64,000 bases of DNA from Microcoleus sp. (GCA_052279835.1 CP181291.1:1184001-1248000), one strand, 5' to 3'. Positions 53,915 through 62,405 are shown, counted from the stretch's first letter. The notes: generated by a model from the sequence alone, not told the origin. Made by a program: numbers and translations.

Positions 53915-54006
53915 GACTGAAGAAACCGGGTTTTTGGCCACATCTGCGGGTGGAAACGAAATATTGTCGTAAAAACCCGGTTTCTGGGCCCCATGCGTAA
54001 GTCCTA
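53915..54006. repeat. Third copy of the AGAAACCGGG element, ending in TGCGTAAGTCCTA
   Basis: Near-identical to 52691-52763. Confidence 0.85.
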
Positions 54007-54023
54007 TAATTTTTCGGGAATTT

Positions 54024-54051
54024 TGCATAATTTCCCCCCAAATTGGCGATA
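54024..54051 (+). promoter_or_regulatory. Putative alternative-sigma promoter motif, copy 4 (variant)
   Basis: TGCATAA-N15-GCGATA, 34 nt before ATG 54085. Confidence 0.55.
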
Positions 54052-54084
54052 CATATATATACACAAAATCAAAGGTAAACTCCA

Positions 54085-57000
54085 ATGGACGAACAACGCT
54101 TCGACGCCTGTCTCCAACTGATTCAAGCCCTGCTTGAGTGCCCTAACGGTGAAGAAGATGATATTCTCAACGCCCATCAAGAGTTAGTTGATGCGGATTT
54201 TGTGCAAGTCGTGGAGGCGGTGGCGGAGAATATGGCAAAAAATGGCGAATCCAATGCAGCTTGGTTGCAGAATCTGGCGGCACAATTGGCAAATTCTGTC
54301 CGCAGTACAGCAACTCCTGAAGAGTATTTCTCTTTCTTGATGGAGGTGTTACAAGCAACGATGGAAAGTGGCGGAAATCCTCAAGTTGTCTATCCTATTT
54401 TACAACAAAACTTCGACAAATTGGATTTGAACTTTGCTCAAATATTGCAAACTTGGGCAACATCCACATTCACAGAAGTTACCTCAGAACAAGCTGCATC
54501 CATCGCAGGAGTTATTGTGAATTTTGGCAACTTAATTCAGCAGTTTCCCCTGGGGCGGCGGGCATGGAATTTAGAAATAGGCATCGCCTGTTATCGGGAT
54601 GCTTTAATAGTCTATACCCCTGAGAATTATCCCGAAAAATGGGCTACGACTCAAAATAATTTGGGGAATGCCTATAGTGACAGAATAGAGGGAGTCAGGG
54701 CGGCGAATATTGAACTTGCGATCGCCTGTTATCGGGATGCTTTAATAGTCTATACCCCTGAGAATTATCCCGAAAAATGGGCTACGACTCAAAATAATTT
54801 GGGGGCTGCCTATAGTGACAGAATAGAAGGAGTCAGGGCCGCGAATATTGAACTTGCGATCGCCTGTTATCGGGAAGCTTTAATAGTCTATACCCCTGAG
54901 AATTATCCCGAAGATTGGGCAATGACTCAAAATAATTTGGGGGCTGCCTATAGTGACAGAATAGAAGGAGTCAGGGCGGCGAATATTGAACTTGCGATCG
55001 CCTGTTATCGGGAAGCTTTAATAGTCTATACCCCTGAGAATTATCCCGAAAAATGGGCTACGACTCAAAATAATTTGGGGAATGCCTATAGTGACAGAAT
55101 AGAAGGAGTCAGGGCGGCGAATATTGAACTTGCGATCGCCTGTTATCGGGAAGCTTTAATAGTCTATACCCCTGAGAATTATCCCGAAAAATGGGCTACG
55201 ACTCAAAATAATTTGGGGAATGCCTATAGTGACAGAATAGAGGGAGTCAGGGCGGCGAATATAGAACTTGCGATCGCCTGTTATCGGGAAGCTTTAATAG
55301 TCTATACCCCTGAGAATTATCCCGAAAAATGGGCTACGACTCAAAATAATTTGGGGAATGCCTATAGTGACAGAATAGAGGGAGTCAGGGCGGCGAATAT
55401 AGAACTTGCGATCGCCTGTTATCGGGATGCTTTAGAAATTCGCACTCCTACTGCTTTCCCTTTAGATTGCTTACAATCGGGTAGAAACCTCGGCAATACC
55501 GCTTTCACTGCTGGCTTCTGGGATATCGCCCTGGAAGGATTCGAGAAAGCAATTCAAGCAGTAGAAAAAAGCAGAAGTTGGGCAACTTCCGACGATATCC
55601 GCCAACAGATGATAGCAGAATCTATTGAGGTTTACGAAAAGGCAATTCAAGCTGCTGTCAACAACAACCAACTGGAAAAAGCCATAGAATATTGCGACAG
55701 AACCCGTGCTCAGCGGTTAGTCGATTTAATGCACAGCAATGACTTGTATGCTAAAGGCAAAATTCCCCCCGCAGTCCAAAAGTATTTGGATGAATTTGAA
55801 GCGAAGCAGCAGGAAATTGACGCAGAAGTCGAACAACTCCGCAATCCATCGGAGGGGAATAAGGGATTAGCTGGTGTGGGGAGTTCGTCACGGAGTCGGG
55901 CGGATACTTCTGCTTACACGGAGAAGATTCAAGAATTGGAAGTCGAGAAGCAGCAAATCTGGGAAAATATCCGCAGTTTAGATCCGGTTTTAGCGGGACA
56001 AGTTCAAGTTGTGCCGATGCAGTTTGCGGCGATGCAGCGGTTGATTGATAATTCCCAGACGGCGATTCTTTGTTTTTACACGACGGATGATGACACTCAT
56101 GTTTTTGTAATTTACAAGGATAAAGCGCCGCAGATTCACACTTGTCATGGAGAGGGTTTGGGAAATTTTCAGAATGGGATTTTTGAGAGTTGGCTGTCGC
56201 CTTATTTGACGGATAAGAAAGTTTGGCAACAGGGGATGGGTGAGTTTTTGGATCAGTTGTCGCGGCGGTTGAAAGTTGATGAGTTGATTGGTAATTGTTT
56301 GGAGGGGATTGAGGAATTGATTGTGATTCCGCATCTGTATTTGCATCAGATTCCGCTGGCTGCGTTGCCGGTTAATACCCTCGCAACCGAGGATAGGGCG
56401 GGCACGGGGGCACCGCCCCTACAAAGGGTGGAGGTAGGGGCGATGCCCCCGTGCTCGCCCCCTCTTTCAACCCCCCGGTTCCTTGGTGACAAATTCTTGA
56501 TTCGTTATATTCCCAGTTGCCGAATTTTGGAGTATTGCAGTCAACGTCCAACCATCGAATCACCCAAATACGGGATTGTAGAAAATGCCACGGATGATTT
56601 GTACTTCACTCCTTTTGAGTGCGAACAAATTGCCACAATTGTGCCTGAACCTCAGCGCTTAAAAGGTAGTCAACAAGCAACAGTCGCCACCTATCGAAAC
56701 CTCGCCCAAAATGTGAATGTCATCCACTCCAGCCACCATGCTGTCTCGCGTTTGGACAATCCTTTAGAATCGCGCTTGTTTTTAGGTGATGGAAGTATCA
56801 CGTTAGGGGAATTGATGACTCCCGGTTGGCGTTTGCCGCAGTTATCAGATGTGTTTATGTCTTGCTGCGAAACTAATTTAGCTAAGACTGAATTTACGGA
56901 TAATCTGCTGAGTTTGGGGACGGGGTTTTTGTGTGCGGGGGCGCGCAGTGTGGTGAGCACTTTGTGGGCGGTGGATGATTTTGCTACTTCGCTGTTTTCG

Positions 57001-57399
57001 ATTTTTTACTATCAGTATCGTCGGGAAGGTTTGAGTCGTCCAGGGGCTTTGTTGCGGGCGCAGGTGCGGTTGCGGACGATTTCGGGGGCGGAGTTGAAGA
57101 AGCTTTATCAACCGCAAATCGATGCCCTGCTTCCGAGAATTATTGGGGATTTAAAGTGGAAATTGAATCTGGTACAGGAAGAATTAGAAGGCTTGGAATC
57201 GCAGGAGGACGAATATAAAAAGGGTACGGCTGAGTATAAAGAGTTGGAGGAGAAGTTGAACAAGAAAACGGAGGAGGAAGTTGAGATTCGGAAGCGAAAG
57301 GAAGGATATGAAAGTTTGCAGGAAAATCTTTACACTATGTCAAATCCTTTTGCTGATTTGATTTATTGGTCTGGGTTTATTTGTCAGGGTTTGCATTAA
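54085..57399 (+). CDS. TPR-CHAT (caspase/HetF-like) protease
   Basis: TPRs WATTQNNLGNAYSDRI; CHAT motifs LIVIPHLYLHQIPLAAL, VIHSSHHA (His), VFMSCCET (Cys), GARSVVSTLWAVDD, YWSGFICQG. Confidence 0.93.
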   Translation: MDEQRFDACLQLIQALLECPNGEEDDILNAHQELVDADFVQVVEAVAENMAKNGESNAAWLQNLAAQLANSVRSTATPEEYFSFLMEVLQATMESGGNPQVVYPILQQNFDKLDLNFAQILQTWATSTFTEVTSEQAASIAGVIVNFGNLIQQFPLGRRAWNLEIGIACYRDALIVYTPENYPEKWATTQNNLGNAYSDRIEGVRAANIELAIACYRDALIVYTPENYPEKWATTQNNLGAAYSDRIEGVRAANIELAIACYREALIVYTPENYPEDWAMTQNNLGAAYSDRIEGVRAANIELAIACYREALIVYTPENYPEKWATTQNNLGNAYSDRIEGVRAANIELAIACYREALIVYTPENYPEKWATTQNNLGNAYSDRIEGVRAANIELAIACYREALIVYTPENYPEKWATTQNNLGNAYSDRIEGVRAANIELAIACYRDALEIRTPTAFPLDCLQSGRNLGNTAFTAGFWDIALEGFEKAIQAVEKSRSWATSDDIRQQMIAESIEVYEKAIQAAVNNNQLEKAIEYCDRTRAQRLVDLMHSNDLYAKGKIPPAVQKYLDEFEAKQQEIDAEVEQLRNPSEGNKGLAGVGSSSRSRADTSAYTEKIQELEVEKQQIWENIRSLDPVLAGQVQVVPMQFAAMQRLIDNSQTAILCFYTTDDDTHVFVIYKDKAPQIHTCHGEGLGNFQNGIFESWLSPYLTDKKVWQQGMGEFLDQLSRRLKVDELIGNCLEGIEELIVIPHLYLHQIPLAALPVNTLATEDRAGTGAPPLQRVEVGAMPPCSPPLSTPRFLGDKFLIRYIPSCRILEYCSQRPTIESPKYGIVENATDDLYFTPFECEQIATIVPEPQRLKGSQQATVATYRNLAQNVNVIHSSHHAVSRLDNPLESRLFLGDGSITLGELMTPGWRLPQLSDVFMSCCETNLAKTEFTDNLLSLGTGFLCAGARSVVSTLWAVDDFATSLFSIFYYQYRREGLSRPGALLRAQVRLRTISGAELKKLYQPQIDALLPRIIGDLKWKLNLVQEELEGLESQEDEYKKGTAEYKELEEKLNKKTEEEVEIRKRKEGYESLQENLYTMSNPFADLIYWSGFICQGLH
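54583..55434 (+). repeat. Intragenic tandem array: six full 138-nt (46-aa) TPR units plus a partial seventh
   Basis: Unit starts at 54583, 54721, 54859, 54997, 55135, 55273 and 55411; nearly identical at DNA level. Confidence 0.95.
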
Positions 57400-57519
57400 T
57401 TTCTTTAGGGACTGCCGCCATAAAAATCAAAGAAACCCAGCTTAAATACCGCGTTTATCTCTTAGTCCGCGAAGGCGGACTTCATTTGTGTAGACGCGGT
57501 TTCAACCGCCGAGTCTTCT

Positions 57520-58368
57520 TTAAAAATCCCCTTCATCTACTTGGAATACAGTCAATCCCAAGCTTCTCCACATATCAACAACTTGCTGGCGATCGTCCAA
57601 CACAAACTTAATGTTATACTTCCCTTCAATATGCTGGCGATAAATTTCCTCTTTCATGATCGCATCCTTCCTCATATCTCCGGTTTTCCGCAGATGAATA
57701 CCAGCATAATTAACCTCATGTTGCTGCAACCATTTTTCTGTTTGAGGCTGACAATCATCGGTTCTGCCGGAAACTACGATAATATTAACGCTAGACTGCC
57801 ATTTGTGGATGGTATCTAAGACGGGCAGATTCGGTAAATCGCGATCGCACTTAGAAGCATCAAAAGGATTTCTACCATTCAAAAGTGATAAAGTACCATC
57901 CATATCCACAATAATTGCATCCGGCAATTCGGGATTATATGCCGGTGGCTGAACGGGAACACGTACATACTTATTGTACATCTTCATAATCACATCTTTG
58001 CCAACAGAATTGAGTCTTTTCAAATCCCGTTTAATACATTCCTCCACCGGAACTTGCAGGAAAGAGTCATTAACTTCGACAATAGCTTGACCTTTGACCA
58101 ACTCTTTAATATGTTCGATATGGGGGCCGAAGTTAGTATCATCAACAATGACGTGTTTGCCACTTTCCAAAGCCATCAAAATAATCGTATCTCTCAACTG
58201 CATTATAAATTTCTCGTTGGCGGGAGACCAATGAGAAGCATGGGCCATTTCTCGCAACAAATCTTTATTAGTACGAACCCATCTAGCAGGTTCAGACAGC
58301 AGCAACTCCTTGGCAAATTGAGATTTTCCTGAAGCTGGTAAACCGACAAGTACAAGCACTTTTTTCAT
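57520..58368 (-). CDS. T4 Pnkp-like polynucleotide 5'-kinase / 3'-phosphatase
   Basis: GLPASGKS P-loop, RTNKDLLR, VIVDDTN; HAD motifs IVDMDGTL, VSGR, RKDAIMK, VLDDRQQVVDMWRSLGL. Confidence 0.9.
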   Translation of the reverse strand: MKKVLVLVGLPASGKSQFAKELLLSEPARWVRTNKDLLREMAHASHWSPANEKFIMQLRDTIILMALESGKHVIVDDTNFGPHIEHIKELVKGQAIVEVNDSFLQVPVEECIKRDLKRLNSVGKDVIMKMYNKYVRVPVQPPAYNPELPDAIIVDMDGTLSLLNGRNPFDASKCDRDLPNLPVLDTIHKWQSSVNIIVVSGRTDDCQPQTEKWLQQHEVNYAGIHLRKTGDMRKDAIMKEEIYRQHIEGKYNIKFVLDDRQQVVDMWRSLGLTVFQVDEGDF

Positions 58369-58464
58369 GGTAAATTGGTAATTTGCAACTTAATTCTTTA
58401 GTCCGCGCACCATCCGGACTTTGTTTGTGTAGTCGCGGTTTCAACCGCCGATTCTCTGCAAACC

Positions 58465-59550
58465 TCACAAACCCAGATTAATGTAATCTAAACCCAATAA
58501 CTCCTCTATTTTATGAATAGTAACATCCCGGAGAGCTTCTTTGACGCCGGCAACTCTGCGCGCCCGCAAGGAAAACAAAATCCCAGAATAGGGCAAATGC
58601 TTCACAGCCAAAGCAAAATCTTTCTGAACTTCAATAGATTCATGATGTCGATAAACATCCTCAATTTCTTGTACCAAAGATTGATACTTGTCCTTAACTT
58701 TTTGGTACAATTCAGTCCACTCAGGAAAATAAGCTAAAAACTCTTCCCCTTCATTAGTCAAAATAATCTCGATCATCCGGCGTGTAGAAAACCCTTCGCG
58801 CAGATGGGAAATCGCCACATATTGCGGAGACTTAACTTTAACTCGATTGAACTCACCATCACAAATAATATACCCTTCCGAATCCATCGGGTCTAACTGC
58901 TGAGACGCTTCGATAACTTCTTTCCAGCTAGTCAAAGCATAAGACTTGACTAATTCCCATCCATATTTGTTGGCCCAAGTAGTCGGCTCTGTTTCTAACA
59001 ATGTTTGAGTATTCCGAACACCATGAAACACAATTTGATTGTTTTTTTGTTGGACAACTATTCGATTGTAAGGTGTCATCAACTCAAAGATAAAACATTG
59101 GTCTGTTTCTTCTGGCAATTTGTATCCCAACTCTTGCCAGACTTTCCAAAATAGTGTAGCAAAGCTAAATCCAAAACCGTTTACTTCGCCGGCTGCGTCG
59201 GGAGTGCCGCTAGATTGCACTCTCCATTCTCCGTTGTAAAAATAGAGTACAATCAGAGAACCATCGAGTTTTTCGTAGACTTTAGCAGTGTTCCAATCAA
59301 TTTTAGCTGCGTGGCCTTCTCCGTAGTTGAAAAATTTGTCGTAGGGATAAGAAACTATCTGCCAATCTTGGGATGAGTCTAAAATGATGCCGCGACACTG
59401 TTGGACTATTTTTTCTCCCATTGGTGATTCTATCTGCGAGTATTTCAGACAGACTAGATCGGGATATTGGCGATCGCGCGTAACTTTGATATGATAAGTT
59501 TCGGACAAATTTTCTAATCCGTACTGGCGCAAATACTCTTGCAGTTCCAC
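58465..59550 (-). CDS. T4 Rnl1 (RnlA)-like ATP-dependent RNA ligase
   Basis: CRGIILD, YDKFFNYGE, motif I EKLDGSL, FIFELMT, SEGYII, RVKVKS; GTG start with GGAG RBS. Confidence 0.88.
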   Translation of the reverse strand: MELQEYLRQYGLENLSETYHIKVTRDRQYPDLVCLKYSQIESPMGEKIVQQCRGIILDSSQDWQIVSYPYDKFFNYGEGHAAKIDWNTAKVYEKLDGSLIVLYFYNGEWRVQSSGTPDAAGEVNGFGFSFATLFWKVWQELGYKLPEETDQCFIFELMTPYNRIVVQQKNNQIVFHGVRNTQTLLETEPTTWANKYGWELVKSYALTSWKEVIEASQQLDPMDSEGYIICDGEFNRVKVKSPQYVAISHLREGFSTRRMIEIILTNEGEEFLAYFPEWTELYQKVKDKYQSLVQEIEDVYRHHESIEVQKDFALAVKHLPYSGILFSLRARRVAGVKEALRDVTIHKIEELLGLDYINLGL

Positions 59551-59737
59551 GATCGACTCCTAAATTACTTGCCGTTTCTATATTATCTGTGGTTGCATAT
59601 TTTAGCAACTTTGTCAAGATTGTAAAAAAAAATATTTTTACGGAAAAGCTATTATCGATTATGTATTTTGAATTATGGTTTTACCTAGGTGAATCCGGTT
59701 CTGTGAACAACTCGAATATTTTAAAATTGAGAAAAAA

Positions 59738-60292
59738 ATGACCAAAAAATTCTTAATTGTGGCAACTTCTGTGTGCCTATTGACTGCTTTAGTACCTACA
59801 TCCGTAGCTTTTGGAGTGTCGGCATCACCGCTGCGAGGAGAAAAAAAACAACTGGCGCAAGCAGGTCCTGCGGTTAAAGTAAGTGAAATTTTGGCCAAGT
59901 TAAAAGGCAAAACCCAAGTGCCGATTTTTATTCCCAGTATTCTTGATTCAGAAAAACTTTACTATCAAACTACGGCAAAAACAGATAGCTATACTATTTC
60001 AATGGATCGTACAGCAGAGTGTAATGGTGTGACAGCTTGCAGTTTTGGAGAAATTCGAGCTCAAAAAGGTGGTGAGTTTTCGACAAAAATCGAAGGGGTA
60101 ACTAAGACGTTAAAAAATGTGCAACTGGCGAGGGGTGTGACAGGAGTTTTTCATAACGGTTGTGGGGCTTATTGCACAGCTTCGGTTGAGTGGAAAAGTC
60201 AGGGATTTCTTTATACCGTAGCAATTAAAAACGGACGGGAAGCTGATGTAATTAGGATGGCAAATTCAGCGATTCAAGCTGGGAAGCGTTGA
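59738..60292 (+). CDS. Exported hypothetical protein
   Basis: Signal peptide; two Cys pairs (CNGVTAC, CGAYC). Confidence 0.75.
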   Translation: MTKKFLIVATSVCLLTALVPTSVAFGVSASPLRGEKKQLAQAGPAVKVSEILAKLKGKTQVPIFIPSILDSEKLYYQTTAKTDSYTISMDRTAECNGVTACSFGEIRAQKGGEFSTKIEGVTKTLKNVQLARGVTGVFHNGCGAYCTASVEWKSQGFLYTVAIKNGREADVIRMANSAIQAGKR

Positions 60293-60360
60293 GTTTTTGT
60301 GGGTATAAATTGTGGAACAGGCATCTTGCCTGTTCTTACAAATAGTAAAAATTGTACTCT

Positions 60361-60801
60361 TTATTCAGGAAGAACTGAATGGTTGCGGTCAAACCAAACA
60401 ATGTAGTAAATAGACTGAACGCGAAACCCAAAAATCCGCTTTTTATCATCAATTCGCATTTCTGATAATCTCTGATCTTCAGGAATATTGTCGGGCAAAC
60501 TTGGATGATTGTCAATCAACTTATAGCCCGTTCCCACTGAGTCACCACGTTTTTTTGACCCGTGACTTTTAATCTGAGTCCAAGTGTATTTTTCAATTTT
60601 ATTTAGTCCTTCAATTAGGTCGTTGATTTCTGATGATGTCCAGTCAGACAAAAGCCAACGATTTTTGTCTGTATAGGTAAATCTGAAGCTAGGACGTTCG
60701 TCATCTGTACTGCTTGGCTGGGTTAACTGGGTTGCCGCTTCTGAAATTCTTCTTTGTTGCTTTTTTTGAGATGGTTTTGGTATTTGATCCTTTTTTCCCA
60801 T
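60361..60801 (-). CDS. Putative toxin partner of the Panacea antitoxin (RelE-like RNase features)
   Basis: Starts immediately after the Panacea stop; C-terminal LSEMRIDDKKRIFGFRVQSIYYIVWFDRNHSV. Confidence 0.65.
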   Translation of the reverse strand: MGKKDQIPKPSQKKQQRRISEAATQLTQPSSTDDERPSFRFTYTDKNRWLLSDWTSSEINDLIEGLNKIEKYTWTQIKSHGSKKRGDSVGTGYKLIDNHPSLPDNIPEDQRLSEMRIDDKKRIFGFRVQSIYYIVWFDRNHSVLPE

Positions 60802-61257
60802 CTATGCCTCCACTAAAGGTGCATAGCAAGATTTCATGTCATCGTGAGAGATGATGTTAGTTGATTTTTCAGCAGTTTCTAATCCCTGGCGGGCGTTTAA
60901 CCAAGGCATCTCTGAGTGCGTTAATTCTGCTAAATGTTTAGCACTTAATTCTCCATAAGCATTCCAGACTTCTTCGAGTACCTCGCTCTCATCTTCGTCA
61001 AATTCTTCATCAAAATTATTGGGAGATGGAATATCGCTGTATTTATAAGCTTCATACTCATGCCAAACATCACGAACAACTGGGCCGGAAACCCAAGCTT
61101 CAATATCTTGATAAAATAGTGGCTGGCTTCTAAATACTAAACTCCAAGCTTGGGCATAATATACGAGTTTTTGCAGCTTGAGAAGAGAAATTGTATCACC
61201 GACTTCTCGATCGACTCGGCATAAAAAGTAACCAGCTATCTCAATAGCACTTTTCAT
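60802..61257 (-). CDS. Panacea domain (DUF4065/GepA/SocA-like) antitoxin
   Basis: AIEIAGYFL, ISLLKLQKLVYYAQAW, IEAWVSGPVV, YGELSAKHLAELTHSEMPW. Confidence 0.9.
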   Translation of the reverse strand: MKSAIEIAGYFLCRVDREVGDTISLLKLQKLVYYAQAWSLVFRSQPLFYQDIEAWVSGPVVRDVWHEYEAYKYSDIPSPNNFDEEFDEDESEVLEEVWNAYGELSAKHLAELTHSEMPWLNARQGLETAEKSTNIISHDDMKSCYAPLVEA

Positions 61258-61433
61258 AGTTTTAATCCGATCGCAATTTGATTGATTTACTTAGCATTGT
61301 AAGCTATTTCGTGTATTTCTACCAGTTGCGATCGCAAAAATCGCAATAAAAATTCATATCATGATTGATTAAAGTCCCCACCTGCGGTAGGCTAGATCAG
61401 GTGAATATATTGGCTCATTTCAAGCTCGATCTT

Positions 61434-62405
61434 ATGTCTACAACCGCATCTGCTCCCTCACGAACCGTCCGCATCGGTTCCCGTAAAAGTCAACTCGCTC
61501 TAGTTCAAACACACTGGGTGCAAGCAGAGCTACAGAAACATTTCCCGCAACACACTTTTGAAGTCCACACGATGTCCACCCAAGGGGACATAATTCTTGA
61601 TGTTGCCCTCGCTAAAATTGGTGATAAAGGACTTTTTACCAAAGAATTAGAAACGGGAATGCTTAACAATGAAACGGACTTTGCCGTTCATTCCCTGAAA
61701 GATTTGCCAACCAATTTACCGGAAGGTTTAATCTTAGGATGCGTCACCGAACGGGAAAATCCCGCTGATGCTTTGGTTGTGCACGAAAAACATAAAGACA
61801 AGCAGCTCGATACGCTGCCAGCCGGTGCGGTGATCGGTACTTCTTCCCTCAGACGACTGGCTCAATTACGCCACCATTTCCCTCATTTTGAATTTAAAGA
61901 TATTCGTGGGAATTTGAATACTCGACTTGCTAAATTAGATGATGGTGGCTACGACGCGATTATTTTAGCAGTGGCGGGATTGGAAAGATTGGGTATGAGC
62001 GATCGCATCCACCAAGTTATCGCCCCGGAAATCTCCCTCCACGCCGTCGGACAAGGTGCTTTGGGCATCGAATGTCGCGCTGGAGATCCAGAAATTCTGG
62101 AAGTGATTAAAGCTCTAGAACACTCGGAAACTGCCCAAAGATGTTATGCTGAACGGGCTTTTCTGCGGGAATTGGAAGGTGGCTGTCAAGTGCCGATCGG
62201 TGTCAATACCAAAATTGAAAACGGTCAATTAACTTTAACCGGAATGGTATCTAGTCTAGACGGTTTGCGGTTGGTGAAAGATACTGTTAGTGGCGCAGCA
62301 GAAACTGCTGAAATGCTGGGGATTGACCTCGCGCACCGCTTGCGGGCCCAGGGAGCTAGTGAAATTTTGGAGGAAATTTTTAGGGAAGTTCAACGAGGCT
62401 CTTGA
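61434..62405 (+). CDS. hemC: Porphobilinogen deaminase
   Basis: [57 protein letters not shown]. Confidence 0.98.
   Translation: MSTTASAPSRTVRIGSRKSQLALVQTHWVQAELQKHFPQHTFEVHTMSTQGDIILDVALAKIGDKGLFTKELETGMLNNETDFAVHSLKDLPTNLPEGLILGCVTERENPADALVVHEKHKDKQLDTLPAGAVIGTSSLRRLAQLRHHFPHFEFKDIRGNLNTRLAKLDDGGYDAIILAVAGLERLGMSDRIHQVIAPEISLHAVGQGALGIECRAGDPEILEVIKALEHSETAQRCYAERAFLRELEGGCQVPIGVNTKIENGQLTLTGMVSSLDGLRLVKDTVSGAAETAEMLGIDLAHRLRAQGASEILEEIFREVQRGS

Noticed and set aside
54583..55434. Regular long direct repeats resembling a CRISPR array
   Set aside because: Units are contiguous 138-nt in-frame coding repeats with no unique spacers; no cas genes in the window.
57520..61257. Prophage remnant
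   Set aside because: No integrase, structural, terminase or replication genes, and no att-like repeats seen.
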